Source of the DNA: Mobula hypostoma
Lineage: Eukaryota
Assembly (NCBI RefSeq): GCF_963921235.1
Contig: NC_086108.1
Location: forward strand, 13,764,001-13,828,000
Reading direction: 5' to 3'
Length of the DNA: 64,000 nucleotides
The notes under the pieces were generated by a model. It worked only from the letters and a program-made list of their open reading frames with translations. It searched no databases and was not told the origin of the DNA. The position numbers were made by a program, and so were the translations under genes. Each line of letters starts with the position of its first letter. Within the stretch, counting starts at the first letter, position 1. This document shows, one piece after another, positions 50,881-63,002 of this stretch.

Positions 50881-51875
50881 AATGTGAGAGATTAAGAGGT
50901 GACCTAATAGAAGTGTATAAAACGATGACGAGTAGAGATAGGTTTCTCCCAGGGAAAGGGAATGATGAACGTGGGTGGGTGGATGGTATAGGTTTATGGT
51001 GAGAGGGGAAAGAATTAAAATGTACCAGAGAAAACTTCTTCACATGTTGCCTATGTGGAATGAGCTGCCAGAGGAAGTGGTTGAGGTACATAGAATAACA
51101 ATATTTTAAAGACATTTGGACATGTACACGGACAAGAAAGGCAGGAAAAGTTTAGAGGTGTGTATGCCAAATGGAATTATTGCAGGAATGAATGGGGTTG
51201 AAGGCCTGTTTCTGTGCTATACTCCTCCATCTCTAACCTTACAGGATTTAACTAATACTCGAATCTTTACTCATTAGAGACCAATGGTTGACATCACACT
51301 TGAAAGTACTGAGATTCATTTGCTTTTTTTACCCATTCATTTATCAGAAGCACATCAGTATTTGAGCAGAGATTCACCATTCGGCCCCTTAACAACCAAC
51401 AAGATCACGTCAATCAGCAGGGAAACAGGTCGCTTGGCTCACCATCTCTATGCTGACCAACCGTTTCCCAATCAACCACATTTACTGGCAATGGGTAGTA
51501 GTTAAATGCTATATGAGTTTCTGCCTCCATCACCACCTCAGGCAGGCTGTTCCAGACTCTAAGCACCCTGTAGGAGTAAAGAAAATTTCCTCAGATTACC
51601 TCAACATCTTCTACCCCTTCCCCTAATCACATGCCTGTGGTTTTCCTCAACTTCACCATCGCATTTTGTATCGATATTTCCTCATTCCCTGAATATCCAA
51701 AAATCTGCTGGTATTGGTATTTAACAACCTGCAGCATAGATGTGCCTCCAGAATGGATGGAGGATTCTGAGAGTTTATAAATTACAATAGTGTGTGACAA
51801 AAGTTACAGTCCTTTGGCCCATCTATTCTATGCTGAAGTATTATTTTGCCTCAGCCCATCAACCTGCACCTAGAC

Positions 51876-51956
51876 CAGGGGTTCTCAACCTTCTTTTATG
51901 CCATGGACCAATACCATTAAGCAAGGGGTCTGTGGACCTCAGATAGGGACCCCCTG
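51876..51956. mobile_element. 81-bp hAT-type MITE
   Basis: CAGGGG...CCCCTG termini with perfect 8-bp TSD ACCTAGAC (51868-51875, 51957-51964). Confidence 0.85.
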
Positions 51957-53138
51957 ACCTAGACCATAGCCCACCATAGCCCTCACATCCTGCATTTGTC
52001 CAAACATCTCTTCAGTTCTGAAATCCAATCTGCATCACTACTTCCTCATTCACCACTCTCACCACATTCTGTGTGCAGAAGTCCCGCCCACGTTCCCCTT
52101 AAACTTTTCACCTTTCACCCTTAACCCATGACCTCTAGTTTTAGTCTCACCCAACCTCAGTGGAAAAAACCTGCTTGCATTTACCCTGTCTATGCCTCCA
52201 TCAAATCTCCCCTCATTCTCCTACATTCGAAGGAATAAATTCATAACCTATTCAAACTTTCTTTATAACCCAGGTCTTCAAACCCCAGCAGACATCCTTG
52301 TAAGTTTTCTCTGTAATGTCTCAGCACTAACTTGGCAGGCCGCATGGTCAGTTTTCCAGTTACTAAAACACCCGTCCAATCATTTCCAATTTGCCTTGTT
52401 CCCTTTAGTGGCATGGCATTGTGACAACTCTCGTTCAAACAGTGTCAGCAAAAATAAAAGGCTGGTTATTGACTTCAGAGGGGAGAGCAGTGTACATGCT
52501 CCTGCTTTGTTCAGTGGTGCTGGAGACCAAAGGGTTGAGATTTTCCTGATCTAGAGAGTGAACTTCACTGAATACCTTCTCCTGGTATTAGGGTGAGATA
52601 GGGTTATCAGGGTTAGGTTCCTTGGGTCGGCTTGAGGGGATTTTTCTTACATTGGGGTGAGGACTGGTTTCTGAGGTTAGGGGTGGAGAAGGGTTATACA
52701 GCTCAGGTCAGGAGAGGGTTCCTGGGATTAGGTTTGAGGAAGGGATCTTGAGACTAGGGTTGTGTTTTTTTTTCTGGGATTAAGACTGAGAAGGGTTTCA
52801 GAGTTAGGGTGAGGGCATTCACAGAGTTTGTGGAAAGGAAGGGATTCTTGTGTTTGAGGTGAATGGGAATCCGGTTGAGGAGATGGCGCCTAGGGTTTGG
52901 AATGTGGTGAGGCAGGCAATTTCTGGTTATAATGTCAATAGGCAATGGTCACTGTGTGTTCGGTGTCTAATCCAGTGTCATTTCTTAATTTCTGCAGGGT
53001 CAGGAGTGAGATCAGCCTTTCAGTGTTTCCTATCCAGGTGAGGGAGTCAGCAGCCGGCACCTGGAGTGAGTTTCAACCGTGTCTGTTTTGTGAGGAGAGT
53101 GAGTACAGTTTGCACTGAGAGCTAGGCCGGCTGTGGCA

Positions 53139-53420
53139 ATGATGGAGCAGTTGAATTCGTTTGTGCATGCACTATGGCAGCTGATTGTGAACAAGCACTC
53201 CGAGGGGATGTTTAACTCCATCTGCCTGGTGGTGCTTCTGATCCTGCCCCTGCTGCTGCTGCTCCTCACTCTGTGTCTGTGCTGTCAGGGCTGCTGTGGC
53301 CATGGCTCCTGCTGCAGCTGCTGCCACTGCCGGCAGGGTCGCAAGAAAACATTGGATGACCTTTGGATTTCAAGGCAACCTCAGCCCATCATGATGGAAA
53401 ACCTCCCTACGTCGGTGTGA
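53139..53420 (+). CDS. KIAA0040: KIAA0040 homolog, small single-pass membrane protein (93 aa; second in-frame ATG at 53142)
   Basis: MEQLNSFVHALWQLIVNKHSEGMFNSICLVVLLILPLL...CC..CC...DDLWISRQP..MME matches the vertebrate KIAA0040 pattern as recalled (KH.EG..N.ICL.VLL.LPLL, CCxCC, DLWIS.QP); upstream acceptor TTTCTGCAG at 52989-52997. Confidence 0.9.
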   Translation: MMEQLNSFVHALWQLIVNKHSEGMFNSICLVVLLILPLLLLLLTLCLCCQGCCGHGSCCSCCHCRQGRKKTLDDLWISRQPQPIMMENLPTSV

Positions 53421-54403
53421 CTCTGTTGTGGACATCTGTAACCTCAAACTCCACGTATCCCCTCCCCTTCGGAAAGCAAGACCACAGCTTAGCGGGCCAC
53501 ATCTGGAGGAATCACCTCACACACTGCTGCTGAATCCTCAAGGACCTTTATTCCTGAGTAATCCTGGCTGTGCTGGGTGGGTCAGTCCAGGGCTTTCAGA
53601 AACTCCCACTCTTCCCCTCTGCTTTGTTCTCACCAGCTCACAGTGCAGGAATGGGGGTAACCATTCCAGTCGAGCACTGGACTCTACACACCACCTCCCG
53701 GCTCTCTACAATGCTTCAAAGATAGATCTTGTGGTGTGGGCTCTTCTGCTACTGATGGATAATGGTTTATGTCATTGTATAGTGTTTACAAGTCTGTTAC
53801 AGCGTGACTGAGCAATACAAAGAGACACTTGTGATGTAGACACATGTGCCCACTCGGGTCTTCAAACCGACCCGCAGTTCTGGAACTTATTCTTTATTGG
53901 ACCACACTTCCTATTGGAAAAAAAATTCCGAAGAATGATCAGGCTTCTTAAGCTGGCGAGGTCCGCATCTGGCCGTGAAAACCCACTGGCTGATATGCGC
54001 CTGTAACTGTTCAGTGACGGGTTTTGCAATGAATTGGGGCAAGTATGTTAATGGGCTGGCCGGATTGGGTGGGCAGCCGGACTCTGTGCCTTCAAGTTTT
54101 CTCCTTATTTTAATGGATGTATTGACTTTCTGTTTAAAGCTTGCAGTGGAATCCCTGTTTGAAGGAATTAGTTTCTTCCAACTTATATGGAACAGCTGTC
54201 AGCACGTGGAAACCACTTAACCCAGTGCTATGGGTGAAGGCAGAGAACTACCACAGGTCGCTCACCTCCTTGTCTTCCTGTCCAGTCCACGTGTTGAGGG
54301 ACTGGTCGTCAATGAGGATGAGGTGGGGAGTTTGGACTCAATGTACTCTGTGCCTGCACCTCCTCATAACATGGTCAACAGCAATGTTACATTTGTGCAA
54401 AAA

Positions 54404-54409
54404 AATAAA
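54404..54409 (+). terminator. Candidate poly(A) signal of the KIAA0040 homolog
   Basis: AATAAA after about 1 kb of unique 3'UTR-like sequence. Confidence 0.4.
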
Positions 54410-55242
54410 ATATTTTCCATTGTGATGGGTCCATACCAACTGTTCTGCCGTACCAATTTTCGAAGTTTTTTTAAGATTCATACTGATTGTATATAAAGTA
54501 AATACTCTGGGGGGAGAAGGATGTATGCACTTCAACCACAATTGACACAGCTTATTGGACTACATGGATCTGTCACATGCATTAACCAGCCACCACCCTA
54601 TACATTAACAAGCACATGCAAGACCAAATCCTCAGATTGCCCTGGCATTTCTTCAAGCAGTGTCTGGCCTTCTATCTGCCCAGTTTGGCATAGGGAAGGG
54701 GTTCACTAGATGAGATTGGTACATAAGACAAGATCCATTCTTAGTAGCTGTGCTGTACATTTCCACACAGGGATGTCATTTAGGTTCAATGTTCTGTATT
54801 TTCCACTGAATGATAAAAGTCAAAACGGAAGTTAAGTTTATTGTTAAATGCATGAATTCAGACAAAGAAAAGCTGACTTGTGCCAGCATCACAGGATCAA
54901 GCAGCATTCACAAGAAAAACATAAATTATACATAAATTATACCCAATTTTTACAAAAGAACACGATAGCACAAACTAATGGAAATGGTCATGGTTTTATA
55001 GTGATGAGGATCACAGAGTTTTGTTCAAGAACAAAATGGTTGAAGGGAAGTGGTTCTTGAACCTGATGGTGTCTACCCGATCGTAACCATGAGAAGATGG
55101 CATAGCCCAGATGGTGGGGATCTTTGATCTGATTTTATTTTATTAAAAGACACAGTGCAGAATCTTCCAGCCCTTTGACCTATCTGACCAATGCCTTATA
55201 AAGCTTCAGCAATACATCTGTGTTTTTTTCTTGTTCTAATTC

Positions 55243-55497
55243 GCTGGTGGCGCAGTGACATCAGCGCCGAACTCCGGAGCGAAGGTTCACGAGTTCGAAT
55301 CCAGTCAGGGCCGCTCCTGGGCACGTTTTCCATCTGTGCTGAGTTGAGTGTCAAACTCGCAACTCGGCCTCGTAAAAAAAAAAGACTGCGCTGTGAGAAG
55401 GAGGTGGGGTACCACTCACAGAATCTTTCCTCCAAGACAGCCACTTGAAAAAAGTGGTCACCAAGGCTCTGGCAGAGTATGGCACACAAAAAAAAGT
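55243..55497 (+). mobile_element. tRNA-derived SINE
   Basis: A-box TGGCGCAGTGA, B-box GAGTTCGAATCC, A-rich internal tract and tail. Confidence 0.7.
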
Positions 55498-57305
55498 TCT
55501 CTCAAAATGAATGTTATCACTTTATTTGCTTTCCTTGCTACTGACTCAACCTGCAAGTTAATCTTTAGGGAATTCTGAGTTAGCTTTCCTTTGCTCCTTT
55601 GTATGTCCAACTTCTGAATTCTCTGAAAACAGCCTACACCTTTATTCTTCCTACCAAAGTGCATAGCCCCATACTTCACAATGGAGTATTCCATCTGCCA
55701 CTTCTTTGTCCAGTCTCTCAATCTGTACAAGCCTTTCAGCAGATTCACTGCCTTAGCAACACTATCTGTTCTTCAATCTATCTTGTTATCTTCTGCAAAC
55801 TTGGCCACAATGCCATCAATTTCTTCATCTAAATCATTAACGTATAAAGTGAAACACTGCCATTTCAACACTTGATCCCTGTGTAAGTCCATGACTCACC
55901 AGCAGTCATCCGAAAAGGGCCCTATTGTTCCCACTCCCTGCCTTCTGTCAGTTGGCCTATCTTCTAATCATGCTGGCACCATGTTGAGTAGCTTTATGTA
56001 TAGCACTTTATGAAAGGCCTTCTGAAAACCAAATAACCAAATAGGTGACATCCACGAATTCCCTTTGTCTGTCCTGCTTGCTACCTCCTCAAAGAATTCA
56101 AAGAGATTTGTCAGGCAAGACCTCCCCTCAAGGAAATCATGTTGACTTTGACCCATTTTGTCATGTGCTTCCAAGTACTCTGAAACTTCATCCCTAACAA
56201 TGGACTCTAAAATCTTACCAGCCACTGAGGTTAAACTACCCAGTCTATATTTTTCTGTCTTCTGTCTCACACTTCTTAAACATTGGTGTCATACTTGTGA
56301 TTTTCAACCCCTCTGAGACCCTCCCAAACTCTAGTGATCCCTGAGAGATTAGGGGTATATCAACCTTGGGTGATTTATTCACCTTCAGGCCTTTCAGCTT
56401 TGCCCAACACATTCTTTCAAGTAATAGCCACTACATGCACCTCTACCCCTGACTCTCTTGAATTTTTGTATGCTACTGGTGTAATCTACAGCAGAGACGG
56501 ACACAAAATACTCATTTTGCTCCTCTGCTATTTCTCTATTCCCCAGTGTTATTTTCAAGTGGCCTGTTGTCCACACTTGCCTCTCTCTCTTACTCTCTAT
56601 GTTCTGAAAAATCATTTAGAATCTTGTTTATATTTCAGGTATTGCTTAATTTACCATTGTATTTCATCTTTTCCTCCCATATAGCTTTCTTGGTTGCCCT
56701 CTGTTGGTTTTTAAAGGCTTTCCAATCCTTTGACTCCCTACTAATCTTCTCCATTTTGTATGCCTTCTCTTTTGCTTTGATGTTGTTCCTGACTTTCCTT
56801 CCCTTACTTGCCCCATCCTCCCCTGGTGAATTTCTGGGAATAATTTGGGAGCCATTCAATGAAATTCTGCTGTGGCTCCCAAATTACTCCCACAGACCCC
56901 TGCCATTGTTGTTCCCACCACCTTCCCTTCCAATCATCTTTGGCCAGCTCCTCCCTCATCCCTCTGTAGTTACCTCTACTCATCTGTAATACTCCTACAT
57001 CAGACTTCAGCTTCTCCTTCTCAAACTGCAGGGTGAATTCTATGGTCACTACCTCCTAAGAATCCTCAATGAGTCTGCCTCATTACATAGCACCAAATCC
57101 AGAAATGACTGCTTTGGCCACAAGCTGCTCTAAAAAAATCCACTTGTAGACATTCCACAAATTCTTCTTGCACTCCATTAGCAACCTGATTTTTCCAGTC
57201 TCTCTGCACATTGAAGTCTCCCATGATTACTGAACGTTGTCGTTCTCATGTCATTTTTCTGTCTCCTGGTGGATTTTGCTCTCCACATCCTGACTACTAT
57301 TCAGA
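55498..57305 (-). mobile_element. Old CR1 ORF2
   Basis: YRLGSLTSVAGKILE, GRSCLTNL, FQKAF on -. Confidence 0.8.
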
Positions 57306-59310
57306 GGCAGAGGAATGGCAAAGGAAAGAGTGAGTTGGAAAATTCAATATTGAGCTGAGAAATATTGAGACACTATGCCTCAATGGAAGATGAGATTTTG
57401 TTCTTCAGGTTTGCATTGGGCTGCGTTCTAACTGTGCACAAGGCTACAGATTGATTTGTCTGAATGCAAATATGATAGGAATTAAAGTGACAGGCAACCG
57501 GTGGGGTCACTCTTGTGGACTGAACACAGACACTCTGGCTGCTGAACACCCTCTATGGATTTGTTTCTGCAATGCAGGGGGAGGCCACATTGATAAAACC
57601 TGATACAGTGCATTGGATTGGAGGTGCAAGTGCATCATTATTTCACCCTGAATGGAGGAAGGAGAGCGGGTATAGGTATAGATATTCCAAGCCCTATGAT
57701 TAGCTGGGAAAATTCCAGAAGAACAGGAGTGGTAGGCGGGATTGGAAGTCACATAGGGAGAGAAGTCTGTGAAATGAAAAGGAGCCAAGAATATGTGTCT
57801 GGTGGTGGAATCAAATTGAAATGGGTGAAGATTATGAAGGATGACCAGTTCAATGTAGAAATTGGCGTGCAGGAGGGAACACTCTTCTTGATCTGTTGGG
57901 GAGGAGAGGGATGAAAGTAGGGCTGTGGTACACAGATGAGGTATAGTCAAGGACTTCTTCCACCATGGTAAAGGGAAACCCACCAATCAGAAAAAAAATG
58001 TAGATAGTTCAGAGTCAACTTCCCAAAATGTCATAGAAACAGAAATGTCATGGCAGCACAGAAACAAACATCTTCACCAAGAATTAATAACAGATATGTC
58101 AGTTTCTGCCTCCTCCACCCACTTCATAGCAACACTGTTCTTCTTCAGATCTCCTATAAGCCTTTTACCTCTTACCCTTTGCCCTTTAGTTTACCACACT
58201 TTTGCTATTCTAATTTTGTATCTCTCTGTCAATCCTTCCTCATCCTCCTCCACTCCAATTCTCTCCTCATAGCTGAAATGTTCCATCCAAGGCCACATCC
58301 TGGTGAATCTCCTTTGCTCCCTAATCTACAATCATGACATTACTCCAGAGTAGGGACTATTTCTCATCAAAGCCAGAGCAATGCTGATGGAGAAACTATG
58401 GGAATGGAATATCATTCTTATAGGAGGCCGAGAGGGAGGAACTATAGGTGAGAGAACAGAGGGAGTCTTTGGGCTTACAATAACAGTTTCTAAGTCACTC
58501 ATCCCCTGGGATGAATCCAGAGGTAGAGATGGATCATATAAAGATAAGAGCAAAGTAAAGAGTAGAGACCTTTAGTATTTTACCATCTTCTTGTTGTGAG
58601 TTAGGCTGACAACAAATATTTATTCTTAGTCTATGGGCTTCCATAGCTATTTCACTCTACCTTACCCCCACCTCTGCTACATTTGCTCTAGCAATGCGAC
58701 CCTCTCATTGATGTCACTGAAATGTCTTCCTTCTTCCTGAACTATGGCTTGGATCCAGTTGACTGGAGATGACTGCATATGCATGAATGCAATCAACACA
58801 CCATAGTATGAATATGACTCCGAGACCACAGTGATTAACAATCATTTTGGGTGTCTTGGTGGGAAGACCCAAGCATTTGAAAAATTACATGTAACTCAAA
58901 AGAAACATTATGAGGACATTGAAACTACAGAAATTGTCCTGTTACCTTTGTTGTAACATATCAAAATGTGCTGTTGTATTGGGTCAGGGAGTCTCTCTGT
59001 CTGTCTGTCTGTCTATCTGTCTCTCTCATAACTCCAAAGGCTCCCAAATAAGGACTTTTATATCTATCAGCTGTCTCTCTTTGGTGACTTTGTTCCCAGT
59101 TACAACATTCCCCTTCCTTCCTGGACAGAGAAGCTCCCCTAGTCCTCAGTTTTCATAAGCCCAACTTCCGTATTCAACAGATAAACCTTCACATGTTCCA
59201 CCACGTCCAACAAGACTCCATTCTGGATATACCTTCCCTTCCTCACCCCTTTTAGCAATTTAGTGGGATCTCTCCCTTTGCAGTTCTCTGATCTGATCTC
59301 CTCCTGTCAC

Positions 59311-60744
59311 TGTCATGGTCCGGTCCGTGAAGTCCGCATTCCAGTTCATGGTCCGGTCCGTGGACTCAGGACTCTGGGTCTTCCAGCTGTCCCTCGTTTG
59401 GTTGAGTTAAGCATAGGCACCTGATTCCCATCTTGGGGCTTGGAATATAAGTAGCCTTGGGGTTGAGTGTGGGCTGCTGGTTTGTCTTGTCAGTCCCCCT
59501 TGGAGCAACCTGCTGGTGGAAGGCTAGAGTGGCCACTTGTCATCTTTAGGCCATGTTGGAAAACCATTGCTTCCTGGAGTCTTACTGTTGGTAGTTGGAG
59601 CTGTCTTTGTGGTATGGATTTGGCTGTTTCCTGGGCCAGCTGAGTGGCTGCCAGCCACTCTGAGCTAGGTAGGGATCTGGTTGTTTCTGTAGCCAGCTGA
59701 GGTTGCTGGCCAAACTGAGACTCGGAGCTACCCTGGAGCAGAGATGGAACTGTCTGTTGTTCTTTGGTGTTTGTCTCTTCTTGTCCTTGCCTCTGTGGGG
59801 TAAGCCAGTCTGTTTTGCCATTGCCCTGCAGGGGGTCCTGTCTTGTCTTGTCTTTGCCTCTGTTGGGTAAGTCTGGCCATTCTGTCATTACCCAACAGGT
59901 GGACCTGTCCCACCTTGGTGTGGAGAGGTTGAGTCACGGCTTGTTTAAGTGTAAGTCCTGGCTCTATGTCTATGTACTGTTCTGTCTTATGTTGGAGTTG
60001 TGTTAACGATGAGTCCGGGCTTTTTGAAGCACAAGTCCTGGCTCTACATTGATGTTCAGTTCCCAGTCAGTCTCTCAGCTCCAGCCTCCGAGTTATCAGC
60101 CTCCACTTTTCAAGATGGAAATCCCGCGTCCAAGCTCCAAGAGCCCAAGCCTCGAGGATCCCGCAGCCAAGCTCCAAGGGCCCAAGCCTCGAGGATCCCG
60201 CAGCCAAGCTCCAAGAGCCCAAGCCTCGAGAATCCCGCAGCCAAGCTCCAAGAGCCCAAGCCTCGAGGATCCCGCAGCCAAGCTCCAAGAGCCCAAGCCT
60301 CGAGGATCCCGCGTCCAAGCTCCAAGAGCCCAAGCCTCGAGGATCCCGCGTCCAAGCTCCAAGAGCCCAAGCCTCGAGGATCCCGCAGCCAAGCTCCAAG
60401 AGCCCAAGCCTCGAGGATCCCTCAGCCAAGCTCAGGCCTCTAGACCCCAGCCAGTCCTGTCCTGAAGCCATGTGATGTCCTTGCCTGGTTCTGGGGTCCA
60501 AGCCCGAGGCAAGACCCAGGTTCTGGGTCCTTGTTCAGTCTTGGGCTCGGAGTCGAAGCCTTGTCTCCTAGTCCATGGTTTCTAGTCCTGGTCCCGCTTT
60601 CCCTAGCCCAAGTCTGCGTTCTTGTTCCTGGTCCTGGTCTGAATCCTGTCACGTCCCTAATCTAGTCAAGTCCTGTTCCTTGTACTTCAGTGTCTATCTT
60701 GCATTTGGGTCCACCCTTGCTCCCAGCACTCCCCCATTGTGACA
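59311..60744 (+). mobile_element. 1434-bp solo LTR with an internal 37-bp minisatellite
   Basis: TGTCA...TGACA termini; perfect 5-bp TSD GTCAC (59306-59310, 60745-60749). Confidence 0.85.
60120..60433. repeat. 37-bp tandem array, about 8.5 copies
   Basis: ATCCC recurs at 60121, 60158 ... 60417; unit GATCCCGCAGCCAAGCTCCAAGAGCCCAAGCCTCGAG. Confidence 0.95.
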
Positions 60745-62361
60745 GTCACTCTGTCTTACAGCAATTTCCCATGTAACTGCTGGAAATACAACAATCTAAC
60801 TAACTTTCCTACTCACCATGCAGGGACCCAAACAGTCCTTCCAGATGAAGCAGTGATTCACTTGCACTTCTTACAACATTCAGTGATCTCCCCTACACTG
60901 GAGAAACCAAGCCTGTGCCCTGTCCACAGGACTGTTTTAGCCCAGAGTTTTCTGTTGCCTGTCAGCCAGAATGAGAGTGGGATAATGAATTAAAGTGGAA
61001 AACAACGGGAAACAAACAGAACTAATGTGAGGTTTGGATCTAAAATGCCAACAATTCCTTGTCCCCATAGATGCTGCTCAACTTGCTAAGTTCCTCTAGC
61101 ATCTTGATGGCAAAGGCTGGGGCAAGAGTAAAGTGATCAACTGGTACCAATGCATAATGGTCAATGGTTAGTTTGTGACTAGTTCTTGGCTACTGTAGAA
61201 AAACATTTGGGACCAGGGCTCTGGATGGTGCTCCTGCCAGTTTGTTGAGTAGGCTTCCTCAGTAGGAATCAGGTAGACTCCCAGAGAGAGGTTTCACATG
61301 AAAGGTTTCATCTCTTCCAACATGGAGTCCATTTGCTATTGATTGCTAAGAGTCCAGAGCATTTATTCTTTTGGATCTGTGCAGAAGATAGGACTGAATA
61401 GGTCTGCTGGTACTTGGACATCCTCCACAGGTCAGTGAGATCTGAGACTTTATGGGGCGTGCTGTCAGTGGAAGCTGAGAGGTCAGTTTGCATGACAAGT
61501 TCATACCTGTCAATCACCTCTTCCTCCAGGAACACCGGAGCATCTCCATGCCTATAGAATATAGCAGGCTGGACACGTTTCAAACACACAGCTCACGCAG
61601 ATCATGTGGGATAGTCAAGGCCTCGGTAACTCTCACCATACATTCTGCAGCAGAGATGCGGCCCAAGCTGAAATGTGTATAGAGTCATGAAATGGAATGG
61701 GTGACCCACCTACCTGAATACCTTCCCTTGATTCAGCAGAGCTGTGACCAAAGGTGAGGCAAGCCCTGGTCTAAACGAATGTTGTATTGAATGGACCAGT
61801 TGACGTGGATTATATTGTCCAGCACTGAGCCCAAGTAGGGCAACATGGTCTATTGGACTCTTCTTATCTTTGGGATTCTGCTACAAGGCTGGGTTGTTAA
61901 TGGTTTGACTCAAATGGGACACCTTATTGAGCATAAGACCACAAGAAATTGCAGCGATGGGAATGCAGCTTAGCCCATGATCGACGTCGCCTACATTTCC
62001 CACTACTTCGGCAAAGCAGCCAACAGTTAGATTAATCTTAGAAAAGGTTAAAGGGTCAGAACAAGATTTTGGGCCAAATGGCCTTTATTATGCCACACTC
62101 TGTTCTATTAGCATAATCATGGACCCAATGCAATCCCATTCATTCTTTCTTTTCCCTCTTCCATCATGCAGAAGATACAATAGCTTAAGAACACATACCA
62201 CCTGGCTCAAAGACAGCTTCTTATCAGACTTCTCATACACCAAGAGATGAACTCTCGATCTCCCATGGCCCTAACATTTTATTTGTCTACCTGCGCTGCA
62301 CTTTCTCTGTAAATGCAACATTACATTGTGTTCTGTTTTCACTTTGCATTATCTCAATGGA

Positions 62362-62985
62362 CTAGATTAGATTATGAGGACACTTAGTCCTGTCTTATTG
62401 TCATTTAGAAATGCATTACGAAATGATACAATATTCCTCCGGTGTGATATCACAAAAACACAGGACAGACCAAGACTGAAAAATGAACAAAAACCACAAT
62501 TATAACACATAGTTACAATGGTGCATCAATACCATAACTTGATGAAGAACAGGCCATGGCACAGTAAAGAAGTTCAAAGTCTCTCAAATGTCCCACATCT
62601 CACACAGATGGGAGAAGGAAGAAAACTCTCCCTGCCATGCCCGACCACAGTCCGACTCTGAGTCGTCCAAAAGCTTCGAGCCTCCGATCAGCCCTCTGAC
62701 ACCGAGTACCGAGCACCATCTCTATCCAAACGATTTGACCTCGGCCTTGGTTGCCAGCAGCAGGCAAAGCCGGGGATTTTGGGGCCTTCCCTCCGGAAGA
62801 TTCTCGATCGCCCAGTAACAGCCACAGTAAACCGGCGTTTCAGAAATTTCTCCAGATGTTCCTCTATGCTTTCATATCTGTCTCCATCAAATCAAAATTG
62901 TCCACGGCCTCTATTTAACAGATACGATATCATTTTCACTGGAGAGTTGCGCGCGCTGCGTCGCGCTGCCATCTTCTCCTCCCAC
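62362..62985 (-). mobile_element. Non-autonomous retroposon with AAGATGGC head and (TAATC)n tail
   Basis: Tail shared with 14960-15045; 5' GGAGAAGATGGCAGCGCG on -. Confidence 0.55.
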
Positions 62986-63002
62986 CAGACTTATGTATTT
63001 AA

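Larger units (their letters stand above)
57330..61100. mobile_element. Old decayed Penelope fragments on both strands
   Basis: Degenerate similarity to 42305-44150 (GPKQSFQ...HFTC; ATAGATGCTGC tail at about 61070). Confidence 0.5.

Noticed and set aside
52560..52900. Interstitial telomeric repeat
   Set aside because: Only scattered TTAGGG-like words in a degenerate G-rich repeat; no true array
55243..55320. tRNA gene (also 48330-48414)
   Set aside because: A/B boxes are present, but there is no convincing cloverleaf and a retroposon body follows; these are SINE-type heads
60120..60433. 37-bp repeats as a CRISPR array, or XhoI/BamHI sites as vector polylinker
   Set aside because: Units are contiguous with no spacers, lie inside a TSD-flanked LTR in a eukaryotic context, and have no cas genes or vector sequence nearby
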